From NCBI GenBank assembly GCA_964016885.1, contig OZ024743.1, positions 54,746,001 to 54,810,000 of the forward strand: 64,000 nucleotides of DNA, read 5' to 3'. Shown here piece after piece: positions 1 through 13,970 of the stretch. Within the stretch, counting starts at the first letter, position 1. Every line of letters begins with the position of its first letter. The notes beneath the pieces are model-generated. The model was given only the letters and a program-made list of their open reading frames with translations. It was not told the DNA's origin and ran no database searches. This DNA is from Eledone cirrhosa (taxonomy: Eukaryota). Position numbers and translations under genes: made by a program.

Positions 1-124
1 TGTGAAAATGGGTAGAGCTTCCAATATGTAAAATCTCCCCATTTTGCCTCATTTCTCCCTGTTTCGGGACAGGGTCACTTTTTTTTATGGTACTTCTCCT
101 TTGAAGTTTTAGAGGTTGGTAGGT

Positions 125-615
125 CTGATATAACCAAGAATATAAGTATGTTATCACATGTGACAAGAATGTAATTGATTGTGACAAAACGTAACCAAAA
201 ATGTAATTGATCCTTGCCACACGTGACCAAAAATATAATTGATTGTAATCACACATAAGTGAAGTGCGTGACTTAGTGGATAGAAAATTGGATTTGCAAT
301 CGTGAGCTTGCGAGTTCGATTCCCGGACCAGTCGATACGTTATGTCCTTGAGTAAGAGACTTTATTTCCCCTTGCTCTTTCTGCCAAGAGTTGTGACCGC
401 TAGGCAGTGTCACCAGTGGAATTATTAATGGAAACATTGTTTCATTGGTCCAATTTGACGAGCTCCACTCCACCCCGTAAGTGAATGAGATTTGGGGATC
501 TTGCGGATCGATTCGATCGATAACCAGTATGTCACTGATTGTGACCACATGTGACAAAGAATGCAACTGTGATAACACGTGACCAAGTAAGTATATGTTT
601 GTGACCACACACGAC
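125..615. repeat. Degenerate ~32-bp minisatellite (TGATTGTGACCACATGTGACCAA..) interrupted by a tRNA-SINE
   Basis: Recurrent gtgaccac(a/g)tgtgac(c/a)aa units at 125-255 and 525-615 on either side of the SINE. Confidence 0.55.
262..520 (+). mobile_element. tRNA-derived SINE, family 1 (CORE-like central domain)
   Basis: A-box-like GTGACTTAGTGG, B-box GAGTTCGATTCC, then TGTCCTTGAGTAAGAGACTTTATTTC; homologous to 5297-5500. Confidence 0.75.
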
Positions 616-2307
616 CAAGAGAGATTCATGCATATTAGTTTTCTACTTCACAGCCAAATTCTGTGTTAGCTTTCTGCAATTTATAAAACACTACACTAAA
701 GTACACCTAACTTGTGTTAGAGACCTCGTCATATAACTGGGGTGGAGCAGCTGCTGTTTACACAAACATTCTAAAGTGCGTCCAAACAAAAACCATCCAA
801 TCTCCGCCTCTTTTATTGTAATTATAATGGTTCCTTCTCCTTTGAACTAAAAGGTTATGTGCCAGCACTCAAAGCTTATAGCGTGCAGCCACTTCTAATT
901 CCCCCACCATCGCTACTGTGGCTAATCTCTATAAGATATTTACTTAGACATTTCTCAATCTTTCCTTTTTACATATAAACATTCGTACCTTCCTAGAAAG
1001 GATAATGTTAGGCACATAGCAAGGAAAATATACGTTTCGCAGTGAATACCATATCAGAGTCTAAGGAACTAACATAAGCAGAGATTGAATATTTGATAAC
1101 AGGAAAAGATCAGCGTCTACACGAAAAGGTTTTACGAAGTGCTCTCCCCTCTATGGCTATAAATTATATAGAAACGATTGTCTATGTGGTGAGATATCTG
1201 ATAACAAAAATATACCAACTGATGCGCGTGATATGTTTCAACAAGAAACAGTGTGGTCTACTGAGTACACCAATTTAACAAACGAAATATCACCCCTCTT
1301 CTTCATACCCTCTCCCCTTCCCCCACCTAAGTATGCAATTTGGTTTCTCGCTCAAAAATTATATCACGTGATACTTGGCGGAAATATCTGCAGCACCAGA
1401 TGAGCAGACACATGGCTTTGTGACACATTGTGTAACGCTGAATCTTTGGGGAATGCTCAGCCACTTGCGCATAAATTCCACAAGCAGGCTATTCCATTGA
1501 TCAAACAACTGAAACAGCCATAGTTGAAAACCAGGTGGTCCATTTCCTCTGTACTTAGGATGACCGGAGTCAAACTGACTGGAAATAGTTAAAGAAAAAT
1601 ACGTTAGCTTTTAACTTCTGAAAGCGTTGGTAAAAATGATCTTCAGTCGATTTGAACGTTTAGGGGAAGACGGTGCTGAAGGTCAAACTGCAACACCATT
1701 TACCCACCCAGAGAACCAAATTAGGGAGTCATCACTAAATTATTTCATTGTCTTCTGCACCAAGGTTCGGGTGTTTAATGGCCGAGGAAACCGTTACATG
1801 TTTACAGTTATGGCATTAACACCCAAACATTATTCACTACAACTCAGTATATAAAGACTATCGTGTAATAAATAGGATAGCGTGAGGAAGATTTACTATA
1901 CAGATAGCTAAATGCATTACAACATTTAAAAAAAATAGATACCATGATAACGGGTGTTTTATGATCGATAGATCGATACAGAAGTGTAGGAAATACAATC
2001 ATTTAATACACAGATCGAAACTGATAAATTTGTCTGAATATGAGAATATGTGCATGTATGTGTGTTCGTGCGCACATGAGTGTAAACATCTATCTGTATA
2101 TCCCCCCCCCTTTCTTTCATGGACACACATATATATGTGTATACATACACACACACATGTGTGTGTGTGTGTATATATACATATATATACACACTCACAC
2201 ATATATATATATATTTGTATATATATTAATATATATATATGTATATGTATACATACATATGTATATACATATATATATATATAATGTATATATATACATA
2301 TATATAC

Positions 2308-2354
<47 letters not shown>

Positions 2355-2400
2355 CATATATACATATATGTATACATATATATATACATATATATATATA

Positions 2401-2496
<96 letters not shown>

Positions 2497-2509
2497 ATAT
2501 CTATATCTA

Positions 2510-2573
<64 letters not shown>

Positions 2574-2706
2574 CTATGTATGTATATATTCTATATGAAC
2601 AGCACTCAATAGTGTAGAAATGTAATAATACTGTAAAAGTCATTAAACGAGGGAGTAAGAAAAAGAAAGAATGAAGTTAAACATATAGGTAATGTGTGTG
2701 TGTATG

Positions 2707-2778
<72 letters not shown>

Positions 2779-3322
2779 TGTGTGCGTGTGTGTGTGTGTG
2801 TGTTTGTAATGAATGGAATGGAATGGAATGGAATGGAAGGAAGGGTGGAAGTCTATGACGCAGTAGATAACCATAAAACAGGCCATTTGTTTGGCACCTT
2901 AGAAAAGTTGAGAGCATTGAAGTGTCTTAGTGTTTGGTAGATAAAGCTACAGAAATGCATTTCTTTTCCTACTCCAAGATCTCTCTTGCAAATCAAGCCA
3001 CGGTCACTGAGCCGAATTATTAAACCGGAATGACAAAATGTTTTCGAGAATGTTCGCTGCTTACGCTTATAGCATGTAGAAACTAAGAACATCTCCTTAA
3101 GATGCTATCATTGAACGAAACAAAACACAAAACCTTAAACTTCTCTAATTTATTACATGTTTATAGTCCATAAGCATAATATTACCTTTACGCTTTATAT
3201 AGTTTGCTATGCAACCAGAATTTTTGGCTTTCAAAATTTGTATATTTATATCTTTGGTATGCTTGTATATAACGTGGAATCCAAGTAGGGTGAGATAGAG
3301 GGATATGTATATATTTATATAT

Positions 3323-3376
<54 letters not shown>

Positions 3377-3532
3377 GGAGGGAGGGAGAGAGAAGGAGGA
3401 GAGAGAGGAGGAGAAAAAGAGGTGGGTGAGGGAGGAGAGGGCTATAAAAGAAGACAGATTTGTTTAACGTTCATTGTGACAAATATAATACTGTCAACAA
3501 GCTTTTTAGTGCCGGCAGTTTTTAAGTGAAAG

Positions 3533-3612
3533 GGCGTGACCCAATGGTGAGAGGTTTAGACTCATATTTGTATAGTCGTGAGTTCGTTTCCCGGAACAGA
3601 TGTCACGTCTTG
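3533..3612 (+). mobile_element. tRNA-SINE family 1 head, interrupted by a minisatellite and a Helitron
   Basis: GGCGTGACCCAATGG..GAGTTCGTTTCCCGG; followed by (TATACCTTATATAGTA)n at 3615-3690. Confidence 0.6.
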
Positions 3613-3691
3613 TCCTATACCTTATATAGTATATACCTTATATAGTATAACTTATATAGTATACCTTATATATTATACATTATATAGTATA

Positions 3692-4056
3692 TCTTTATAT
3701 ATATAAAAGCGAGGATGTGTGTGTATCTGTGTACAACTTTGGATACCTAAGGCTTTTACAATTACCAACCGAATTCGACCAAATTTTCTGTGCACGTTGG
3801 ACAGGTCGCTAAGATGTTCACATCACAAAAAGTTTTCCAATCGACCCACGTTGAGCAATAAAAAATCGATATCAAAATTATCGGTAGCAAAATTGATGTA
3901 AGGGAGATAACCAACTTTATTGACAATCCTTTATTGACAATCCTTATAAAGAGACTGCTTATTTTGACAGGTTGGGGACAAATAATGTTCTTTTACTTCC
4001 TAGCTGTATATTCTTAGCATAATTTCAAACCGAGCAACGCCGGGTAAATCTGCTAG
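3692..4056 (+). mobile_element. Non-autonomous Helitron (~365 bp)
   Basis: Starts A|TCTTTATATATATAAAAG and ends with subterminal hairpin CCGAGC-AAC-GCCGGG then CTAG|T; inserted between A and T with no TSD. Confidence 0.8.
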
Positions 4057-4514
4057 TACCTTATATAGTAAGACAATGTTGTATTGGAAAAACCAATAAA
4101 TGAATATAGTTAACGTCGGATCACCATTTTAGGTCGCATTTCAGGTTGACACCACATGTTTAATAATAGGTAGTGAGCGTAAGATGAGTATATATGTGTG
4201 TGTGGTATGTTTGATGATGAGGGAAAGCGTGTGGCTTCGTCGTTAGGCTGTTGGACTCACGATCTTTAACAAAACACTCCATATGACATTGCTTCAGTCC
4301 ATTTTGAAAAATGAATTGCAAGAATACTCGTGCTACACTGCATCGGCCTTTGCCATTCCCTTGGCTAACAATGGTGGGAGGAGAGAGAATACTTGCACGC
4401 TGGAGCAACTGTTGGTCTTCCACAAAGCACCTTGATTATTCAGTTTGTTATACCAAATTTTGCCTCTGTGTTAGTGAGAGATTAGCTTCAGGAAAACATG
4501 GTCTCCTAGATAAT

Positions 4515-4730
4515 AATGATTTTTTATATAGGCACAAGGCAAGTAATTAGTGGGGAGGGGAAAGTCGATTAAATCGACCCCAGTACGTTACTGGTGCTTA
4601 TTTTATCGACCCCGTAAGGATGAAAGGCAAAGTTACCCTCGGCTGGATTTGAACTCAGACCGTAAAGGGATATAACTCTATACTGCAAAGCATGCTGCCT
4701 GACTCTCTACCGATACTACCAATCCACCCT
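4515..4730 (-). mobile_element. tRNA-derived SINE, family 2 (~190 bp)
   Basis: Reverse complement of the consensus GGATTGGCAGTATCGGTAGAG..GAGTTCAAATCC..CTTTGCCTTTCATCCTTACGGGGTCGATAAAATAA.. Confidence 0.8.
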
Positions 4731-4787
4731 CCTGGTCTCCTAAGATAATAATTGTGAGTATTCGCTCGCTCTCTGAGCTGCGAAATT

Positions 4788-4965
4788 CTGAGGCGGTTGA
4801 TGTGCCATTCATGTATCGTCGTGATTTTCCATTGTTTTAGAATGCATTTAGCAGGTCACGACTGAAGAAATAATCACCACAGGAAGCATTAATTAAGCCT
4901 GTAGTTATATACCATGTATATAGTGAGGTAGTTGCATATTTGTACACACACAAACACATAAATAC

Positions 4966-5005
<40 letters not shown>

Positions 5006-5029
5006 TTATGTGTTTGTGTGTGTAAACAC

Positions 5030-5119
<90 letters not shown>

Positions 5120-5293
5120 TTATGTGTTTGTGTGTGTACAAATATGCAACTACCTCACTATATACATGGTATATAACTACAGGCTTAATTAATGCTTCCT
5201 GTGGTGATTATTTCTTCAATCGTGACCTGCTAAATGCATTCTAAAACAATGGAAAATCACGACGATACATGAATGGCACATCAACCGCCTCAG
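4788..5293. repeat. Near-perfect ~180-bp inverted duplication centred on (TA)n
   Basis: 4788-4968 is the reverse complement of 5113-5293 with about one mismatch seen; a smaller nested inversion lies at 4946-5035. Confidence 0.95.
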
Positions 5294-5296
5294 TGA

Positions 5297-5500
5297 AGGC
5301 GTGTGGCTGAGTGGTTAGAGAATTGAATTCGCAATCGTAAGGTTGTGAGTTCGATTCCTGGACCAGGCGATGCGTTATGTCCTTGAGCAAGACACTTTAT
5401 TTCACGTTGCTCCTTCTACCTGGAGTTGCGACCGATAGATAGTATTAGCAATTGGAAAGACCAACGGAAACATTGTTCCCTCGGTCCGATTTGACGAAAG
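5297..5500 (+). mobile_element. tRNA-derived SINE, family 1
   Basis: GGCGTGTGGCTGAGTGG (A box), GAGTTCGATTCC (B box), GTCCTTGAGCAAGACACTTTATTTCAC. Other copies near 7672-7930(-), 20390-20560, 20715-20835, 39316-39545, 39933-40205, 43230-43332(-), 46350-46470(-). Confidence 0.85.
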
Positions 5501-5782
5501 TCAATCGTTCCTTTATATATATATATAAGTAAAAATTAGCGAGAATCGAATTTCAGCTCAGGAATTAACGAAAAACACTTCCGAGTTGTGTGGCAAGCGC
5601 TCGATAATTCATATGAATTAGAGCTTACAACTTACGTTAAAGGCCAAACACACTGAGATGGTGGTTAAACTAATCATCCGCACAGCGAAAAATCAACCGC
5701 CTAATTCGGGTCAAACAGATATGCAAATATAAAAATATATAAAAATATATAAAAATATATATGGTTTTTATATATATATATA

Positions 5783-6095
5783 ACGGTGATGAATTAGTTT
5801 TGCGAGGTTTTTGATATGAAATCGTGTGTCGAAACAAATATTGTTATACTTGGCGATGTTGCAGATGTGCAACAAAAGAACTTTGTTAGACTATATATAT
5901 GTGTTTGTGTCTATATTGTATCTGTATTTTTTACCGTTGGTCAGTCAATGGTAACATTTAGGACCGAATAAATTAAATTAACCCATATAAAGGACACAGA
6001 AGCGAAAACCAACCCAACAGTGAGTGTGTTCTGTTATTAATTCTGGCAATATTATTATACAAATATGACCCTCCCCCAGTATAACAATATATTTA
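5783..6095 (+). mobile_element. (TA)n-flanked PLE/retrozyme-like fragment: inverted tail + 5'-truncated HHR + tail
   Basis: Homologous to 21350-21810 and 10058-10135; contains the GTTGCA-GATG-TGCAAC stem II remnant at ~5857. Confidence 0.65.
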
Positions 6096-6794
6096 TATAT
6101 ATATTAGACATTATCCCTTTATCCCTTTATCCCTTTATCCCTTTCATTACCATATTTACAATGAATGAAACTGTGAATGACACTATGATTTTCAAACTAT
6201 AAAATGTCTAAACTGGTTTAATGTAACTAACCTTCTCATTATTCAGTTAGTGTTGGGAACATAATTTAAGAAATGTTCTCGTGTAACATTATAATGGAAA
6301 GATTTTAGATAAATATAAACACAAAAATACACAGTTTCTTATTGTAAAACCAGTTTGATAGCAAATGGGTTAACATTTTTTTCACACTGTCCCACAAATA
6401 CCACAACGAGGTCATTGTACAAATTCTATATTTATTTCTAGTTTAAGAGCCGACACTGCTATGCCGTCACCACCAGAACCTTCTCACGGGTAATTAATCT
6501 GCTGTACTCGAGTAGAATTAATGAAGCATTAAAAACTGCACTGATAGTAAGCGGGTGGTGTGCTTGTCTGTTTACATACGGTTAATAACATGTTTGGCAA
6601 TACCCCGAGTGCATGAGAAAGTGCACAATGTCATTGGTGTAAAAATACATATATACTTGCTATTTACATCTTGTCAGTATAGTTGTGTGTGAGTTTGTGT
6701 GCGTGCGACTATTTCCGTGTGTGTAAGTATGTTTATTCATGTATATTTTTGATTGTGTGTATGCATATGTTTGGGGTTTGTGTATGATATAAAA

Positions 6795-6902
<108 letters not shown>

Positions 6903-6981
6903 TATACAAACCCCAAACTTAGTATATATGTATATATATATATACATGTATATTCATTTTATTAAAGATGAAAAGCGAGTC

Positions 6982-7027
6982 TTCTTACTCTTGAGTTTCG
7001 CCTGTTTATCACAGGGTCATCAGACAA
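6982..7027 (-). ncRNA. Type I hammerhead ribozyme motif (C10.1/C11.1 variant)
   Basis: TTGT CTGATGA C CCTGT-GATAA-ACAGG C GAAA CTC-AA-GAG TA AGAA; left arm of an inverted pair. Confidence 0.7.
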
Positions 7028-7031
7028 CAAT

Positions 7032-7077
7032 TTGTTTGATGACCCTGTGATAAACAGGCGAAACTTAAGAGTAACAA
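7032..7077 (+). ncRNA. Type I hammerhead ribozyme motif (inverted partner, U3 variant)
   Basis: TTGT TTGATGA C CCTGT-GATAA-ACAGG C GAAA CT-TAAG-AG TA ACAA; followed by AATAAA and a GTATTGAGTAC tail. Confidence 0.7.
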
Positions 7078-7197
7078 GACTCACTTTTCAGCCTTAATAA
7101 AATGAATATTAAAACTCTACATCGGTATTGAGTACTGCTTTCTCTTAGTCCTCAACCACATACTGATATATATATATATGTATGTGTGTGATCATAG

Positions 7198-7271
<74 letters not shown>

Positions 7272-8427
7272 GGGGGGGGGGGGGGTATGTGCGTCTGCGC
7301 ACGCAGTTAATAATGGGGTGTTACGCTTCAGGCATCATCATTACAATTATCATTGTCAAGATTATTCCCGTCACCGCTGTCATCATCACCTCATCAATAC
7401 ATATACTCCTCCAACCACCACAGCCTCTTTTCTATCTAAATATATTCTCCTCCTCCCACTACACCGACTCTATTTAATAATAATGTGCTCCACTTTTCAC
7501 AACTTCATTCTATCGACAAATTGTCCCCAACGTCTTGTCAATTGTGTTCCTTTATTAGGCAATATCCATTTGAGTTTCAGAAAGACTGAGAGGCAGAACG
7601 TTCAAACGAACTCAACAGACAACCTTTCGTTGATTGGTTCGTGCTGTTATTATTAGCCACTACGTAAACATCTAAGGGTCTAAAGTCTGTTTCAAGCCAG
7701 AGGGCTCATCAGGCCGGTGCTTATCCCAGTTTCGTGAGGTGAAGCGACTGAGTACGAGACACCCCTCTGGACAGGATGCCAGTCGATCGCTATTGCTGGT
7801 ACTCATTAGTATACGGGAGCAACGTGAAAGGAAGTGCTTTGCCCAAGCACACAACACACAACCCAGCCCAGGATTCGAACCCACCATATTATGATCGTAA
7901 GTCCACACACTCACCACTAGGCCACGCGCCTCTACGTAAACACGTACAAACTATCTTCCACAAAAATGTGACACATTGTCACTCGATGTTTGTTGGCCTA
8001 TCAAGCAGGATATGATTCTGGATGTTATTTTTTATATTGCTTTTGTTATTATTGTTGTTCCAATATGTACTCCTCCCTCACAAGGAAGCCTACGCAGCGC
8101 ACTCTACATGTGAATGGAGTTCTACTGAAACAGTAATCTTTATTCATGGAATTTTCTATTCAAGTAATAGCTGTCTAATGACCTCATAACTTCTTAACTG
8201 CTACACAACAGTTACCATCGAAATACGTATGCCAGCGAATGTGTACCAAATAGATGAGTTAAATTCTAACCTACAGGCTTTTGCTTCATTGTTGTATACA
8301 TACATGTATATATACATCATATACATATATATATACATATGCATGAGTATATGTACATACATATACAGGAAGACACACGCACACACACACACACATATAT
8401 ATATGTATGTATTCATCTATCTAACTA

Positions 8428-8522
<95 letters not shown>

Positions 8523-9537
8523 TGAGAGATAGTTAGATAGATAAATACATACATATATATATATATAAACATACAAAAACATATGTGCATACACATATAT
8601 ACATATAATTTATAAACATACATACACACATACATAAATAAATATAGATGCGTATGTTCATATATATACAGGCTGTCAATATAAACATAGACACGCAGAC
8701 GAGAGATATCTCAAGGTATTCACTCACTGTCAACCAAAACAAAATTTATGAAAAAAAGAAAATGGCTGACGATCGCCTGGCCTTTTTCGTAGCTTCTCTT
8801 AGTTCTTTCATTTGGTTTTGTACGAAAACACCTAGCCACCTACCCACACATATACAAGCACCAGGAAACATATACATATACGCGTAAACATAAGTGTATG
8901 TATATGTGTATGTATGTATACATATGTATATATATATGCGTATGTGTGTGTGTATATATATATGTATATATATTTATATATACACACATATACATATATA
9001 TATATATATGTGTGTGCCTGTGCCTGTGTATATGTGTGTTTGTGTGTGGGTGAACCTGTGTGTAATATACGCACATACTAATAAAAACAAACATACATAC
9101 ATAATCATACAAGATCACATAAACATACATACATAAAAAGGCAAAACAAAATTTAGTTTGGAAGCTTCGAGAAGAAAATCGGTGTTTATTTCTTTAAGAT
9201 GCCTGTACTGCCCTCTACTGGCAATATATATCAAAGACTGATACTTCTGATCTTCTGGCCATTGAGTTCACTGTGAGATATTGAAACAACAACAAGCAAG
9301 ACGCCATCAACAACAAAAAATCGTCGACGTCGCCAACAAAAATAACAATGACAACGATAAAAACAAGGGGAATAATACTATTAGATTTTGTTCTCCCCCC
9401 CCCCCCCCCTCTCTCCTCTACCTCTCTCACTCCATCCAGCTAATCCTCATCGTGTAATTTCTTTCACTTCAGTATATTTTTGCTTATCTCTCTTACGATC
9501 ACCATCCAGCCTCTCTCTTTCCTATCTTTATATCATT

Positions 9538-10026
9538 TAGATTGGCAGTATCGGTAGAGGGTCGGACGCCATGCTTTGACGTATAGAGTTACTGCCCTTG
9601 CCATTCTGAGTTCAAATCCCGCCGAGGTTAACTTTGCCTTTCATCCTTACGGGGTCGATAAAATAAAGTACCAGTAATGTACTGGGTAATTTCTGGCCTT
9701 GTGCCAATAGTAGAAACAATTATATATATATAGTGGATTGGCAGTATCGGTAGAGAGTCGGACGCCATGCTTTGAATCATAGAGTTACGTCCCTTTATGA
9801 TCTGAGTTCAAATCCCGCCGAGGTTAACTTTGCCTTTCATCCTTACGGTGTCGATAAAATAAAGTACCAGTAATGTACTGGGTAATTGCTGGCCTTGTGC
9901 CTAAAATAGAAGCAATTATATATAATCCCGCCGAGGTTAACTTTGCCTTTCATCCTTACGGTGTCGATGAAATAAAGTACCAGTAATGTACTGGATAATT
10001 GCTGGCCTTGTGCCTAAAATAGAAGC

Positions 10027-10030
<4 letters not shown>
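9538..10030 (+). mobile_element. Tandem array of 2.5 family-2 SINEs
   Basis: Copies at 9538-9722, 9733-9920 and a 5'-truncated copy at 9925-10030, separated by short TA runs. Confidence 0.9.
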
Positions 10031-10060
<30 letters not shown>

Positions 10061-10197
10061 TTGGGGAGGGTCATATTTGTGTAATAATATTTGTTTCGAC
10101 ACACGATTTCATATCAAAAACCTCGCAAAACTATATATATATGATTATTTCTAATGAATGAAACAGTTCTAGTCCTGTAGAATCTCATCTATATTAA

Positions 10198-10255
<58 letters not shown>

Positions 10256-10258
<3 letters not shown>

Positions 10259-10444
10259 GAAGGAAATGTGGTAAGGAACCAGGTGGACCATAACGCACCA
10301 AAGTACTCAATACTTAAGGTAGTAGAGTGGGTAATAGGAACGAGTAGGACCCCGACAGCTGAGCTCAAGCCGTTTCGACTGCTAATTCTGGACTGAATTA
10401 GCCGTCGAAACGGCTTGAGCTCAGCCGTCGGGGTCCTACTCGTT

Positions 10445-10448
<4 letters not shown>
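10256..10448 (-). mobile_element. (TA)n-flanked fold-back element with HHR 3' half (family C, copy 1)
   Basis: ~55-bp arms containing GTC GAAA CGGCT-TGAGCTC-AGCCG TC GGGG; other copies at 19593, 31310 and 31659. Confidence 0.85.
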
Positions 10449-10537
<89 letters not shown>

Positions 10538-10850
10538 ATATGTATGTATGTATAATCACTCTCAGTTGCTCACTCTTTGTCTTTCATTTCTTCCTATGCG
10601 TGTGACCCTTTCAACGGACCCTAAAGAAGCAACAAAAAAGTTTGAGTCTCTATGATGTCACTTGGTCTGCTAGAAATGGCAACCAAAATTGTTTAGATAT
10701 AAATAGGAAAATGATATTGAAAAATATCGCCCTGGAGGTAACCGTAAAATGACTGGATGGTCGCAGCTGGTATATCTTTCATTGTAGGTCTATTCAGCCA
10801 AGGCTTGTTTGGTTGAATAATGACAGTGTGGTATGGTCCCATAATTTCTG

Positions 10851-11160
10851 AGGTTGTCGTAGGGGTGCCATATTGACATTCGGCGTTTCCTGGACATTTT
10901 AAGCCTGGCCAACCCCATCCCTCCCCAGGTTTGAATATATCAGATGCCTTACCGAGAAAGACAGAAAGTGAGAGAGAGAGAGGAAGTGAGAAAGAGATAT
11001 AGAGGAAGAAACGACCCTAGCACTAAACTGGCCCTTTTTTATGGACTTCGAATGGGTGAAAGGCAAAGTTGACCTCGGTGTGATTTGAGCAGAGAGTGCC
11101 GGAACGAATATCACAAATCATCCTATCCAACGTTCTAACTACTCTGCCAATTCTGCCAAT
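10851..11160 (-). mobile_element. Longer SINE-like element (family-2-like head plus distinct 3' body)
   Basis: Colinear similarity with 52625-52920 (GTCGTAGGG..ATTGACAT..CCCATCC..CCAGG..GAATAT..CAGAT). Confidence 0.55.
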
Positions 11161-11699
11161 AGTAACACACTATATATTGGTGATTGACACATGGTTAAGA
11201 AGTTCGCTTCTTACTCATGAGATCCAGTGTTCCATCTAACTGTGTGATATATTATAATCGCCAGTGCCTAGAAAGGGGAAATTATTTTGAAGTCCGTTAG
11301 ATGCACTGGAAAATAGTAACAGAGGTCGAAAATCTTCTACCCACTTGCGACTTCCTTTTATGGAAATAAATAAATCAAGTATATGAAGTTCTTACTGAAC
11401 GGTGAAGAACAGTACATATAACAAAGTAATTTTTGTTGATTTGTGTAGAAAAGGAGAAAGTATGAAGTATATAAGATGTACACAATAAATCTAGGTACAC
11501 AATATTTGTAGTGAGTTTGTAGGCCAACCAAGAAAGAAAAAAAGACTTTATATGTGGGTGATTCTCAAGCATAGTTATTTATAAAAACCCTAGTGAAATG
11601 AACTTCTTCAGATCACAGGAGGGCTTCGTGGTAGTAGTTACCTAGGTGGTCAAATCAGCAATGGAGGAAGTTGTCTGAAAGAGTAGTATCCAAAATAAG

Positions 11700-12596
11700 A
11701 ATAAGAAAAAGATGGAGAAATTCCAAGGAGCTACTATCGCTGTAGACATCTCCAAGAACGGAAGGTTAATTGATCTCCTTGCTGATATTTTCCTTTAGTT
11801 CAGTGATGGTCCTCGGTTTGCTGTATGTACACCATGCTTTCTTCGAATGAAATCTTGGGGTCTTAAATCAGGGCTCTGTGGGGCCTACTCAAAATCAGTC
11901 TTCAAACTGATCACACTATTTCCAAATTTCTGTTTTAGCCATTCTCACAACTCATTGGAGGTGTGAAAGATTGTTCCGTTTTGCTGAAACAAAATTAGAA
12001 ATTGGGTCTGTATCCTCTTTTTGAAGTCTTCCAGGAACCCCAAAAAGAGATCTTTTGTGAATGTAGCCGTATCACCATTTTCTTCGAAAAGCACCGCTCT
12101 CTTAGAAAGGGCAGCTCAGACGATACATTTACTCGAGTGGAGAGGTCTCACAGCCACCTCAGTGGGATTCACTGGTCGCCAGAACACAGATTAAACGAAA
12201 GATTGCTTTAGCGATAAGACGAAGGAAAATGCTTTGACAGAGAAATACGGGAGAATTTAGAAAACAACCCAAATTCACTGAATCTGCTGTGAATCTGTGA
12301 TGACGCCCACTTTCACTTCGTGGAAAGATTAATGTTCAACATTGCCAAATAGGTTTCGAACTTCATCCAATTTTGGATACTGGCTTTCAAGTTTGATTAG
12401 TCCGTTCGAAAAAAGGCATAAAATTGTTCCTGGACCATTTTGTACGAACCACATAGAAATCCGATGCTGGAACTCCCATTGTTGTCTTCTCAGACGGTGT
12501 ATCTGTCATGTCCTGAAATTCAAGGTGGATCGGTTTCAAAATGAATATACAGTGACACAAGACGTGTGCGGGGCCATTTGTCTTAGTTCCTCTGTA
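11700..12596 (-). pseudogene. Decayed Tc1/mariner-type transposase
   Basis: Minus strand encodes FQQNG..HT-like and PPQSPDLRPQDF-like (WPPxSPDLxPxDF) motifs with stops and frameshifts; ends at TA near 12596. Confidence 0.65.
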
Positions 12597-13452
12597 TTAT
12601 ATATATATATATATATATAGCTTTATGTTACTGTTTGTTCACCAACTTCAGCATTTTATATGTATGTATATATGTATGTATTAATGCATGTATGTATGCA
12701 TGTATACATGTATGCGACAGAATTATTTATAACAGTAGCAATATGAACCGTGATCGTAGCATCATATGTCCTCACCACCATCACCACTAACGCCAACATC
12801 GCTACCAGTAACACCACAACCATCGCCAACACCACCACTATGATGCTTCTTGTAACAGACGGGATTCTGACAACCCCAGTCCTGCAATGGTATAATTTGT
12901 GAAGTGGGGGCCCCTTCTGTCTTTCAGTCTAGACTGTAGACAGTATGTACCATGTAACATTACTCCAACATACCCTACCAACACTCTAGCACCGTAGTAC
13001 CAACAACGTCTTATAATGCACCCTGTAACATCACTTCATTACCAACCGGTAGCCTCCACCCACCTAATGTTACTTCGTGCCCCGGCGTCAGGGAGTACAG
13101 TCATGTGTTTAAATTTTTTCTTATGTGGTGCTGATGCTGTCGGTTATGGTAATTGTGAACCTGATGATGATGATGATGGTTGTAGTGATGTTGTTACTGT
13201 GGTGGTAGTTGCTAATAATGGCGGTGGTGTTGATGGTGGTTCTATATAGCAGGTCGGTAGTTGAAAGCGGTGATGGGGGGGGGGGGGGCTGCTTGCTGCT
13301 GTGAGATGTGTGTTTGTCTGCGTGTCCCCCTTATATTTTCGGTAATTCTTCACTCTATCACCCTCGTCTCTACCACGCCCACTTTCTTCAGACTTTCTCA
13401 CACCCTCTACAATTTATTCTCTGCTTTCGTCTTTCCTTTACTCTCCTCCTCA

Positions 13453-13648
13453 CCTACCACCACCACCACTACTACGACTAAGACTACCACTACCACTACT
13501 ACTACTGCTGCTGCTGTTGCTACTACTACTACTACTACTACTACTACTGCTGCTGCTACTACTACTCCTACTGCTATTGCTGCTGCTGCTACTACTGCTA
13601 CTACTACTACTACTACTACTACTACTAATACTACTACTGCTGCTGCTG

Positions 13649-13695
<47 letters not shown>

Positions 13696-13734
13696 ACTAC
13701 GACTACTACTTCTACTACCATTACGATTACCACC

Positions 13735-13782
<48 letters not shown>

Positions 13783-13821
13783 GCTGCTGCTACTACTACT
13801 TCTACTACCATTACGATTACC

Positions 13822-13877
<56 letters not shown>

Positions 13878-13970
13878 CGCTACTACTACTACAACTACCA
13901 CCGCTGCTGCTGCTGCTACCACCACCACCACCACCACCACCACCTCTACTACTACTACTACTACTACTAC
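13453..13970. repeat. Compound (ACT/GCT/ACC)n trinucleotide microsatellite
   Basis: Direct reading; explains the poly-T/A, poly-V and poly-L ORFs. Confidence 0.95.

Noticed and set aside
1959-2643. YI/HT/CV-repeat ORFs here and throughout the window
   Set aside because: Translations of (TA)n, (CA)n and (GA)n
5822-5852. GTCGAAACAAATATTGTTA as an HHR 3' half (also at 63845)
   Set aside because: It is the antisense of the element tail, and no valid core lies upstream
8762-8838. CTGACGA..GAAA..TA GCCA
   Set aside because: No stem II or III; stem I overlaps the core
9538-10030. tRNA genes or a CRISPR-like array
   Set aside because: The A/B boxes belong to SINE heads with no cloverleaf; the repeats are tandem SINEs in eukaryotic DNA
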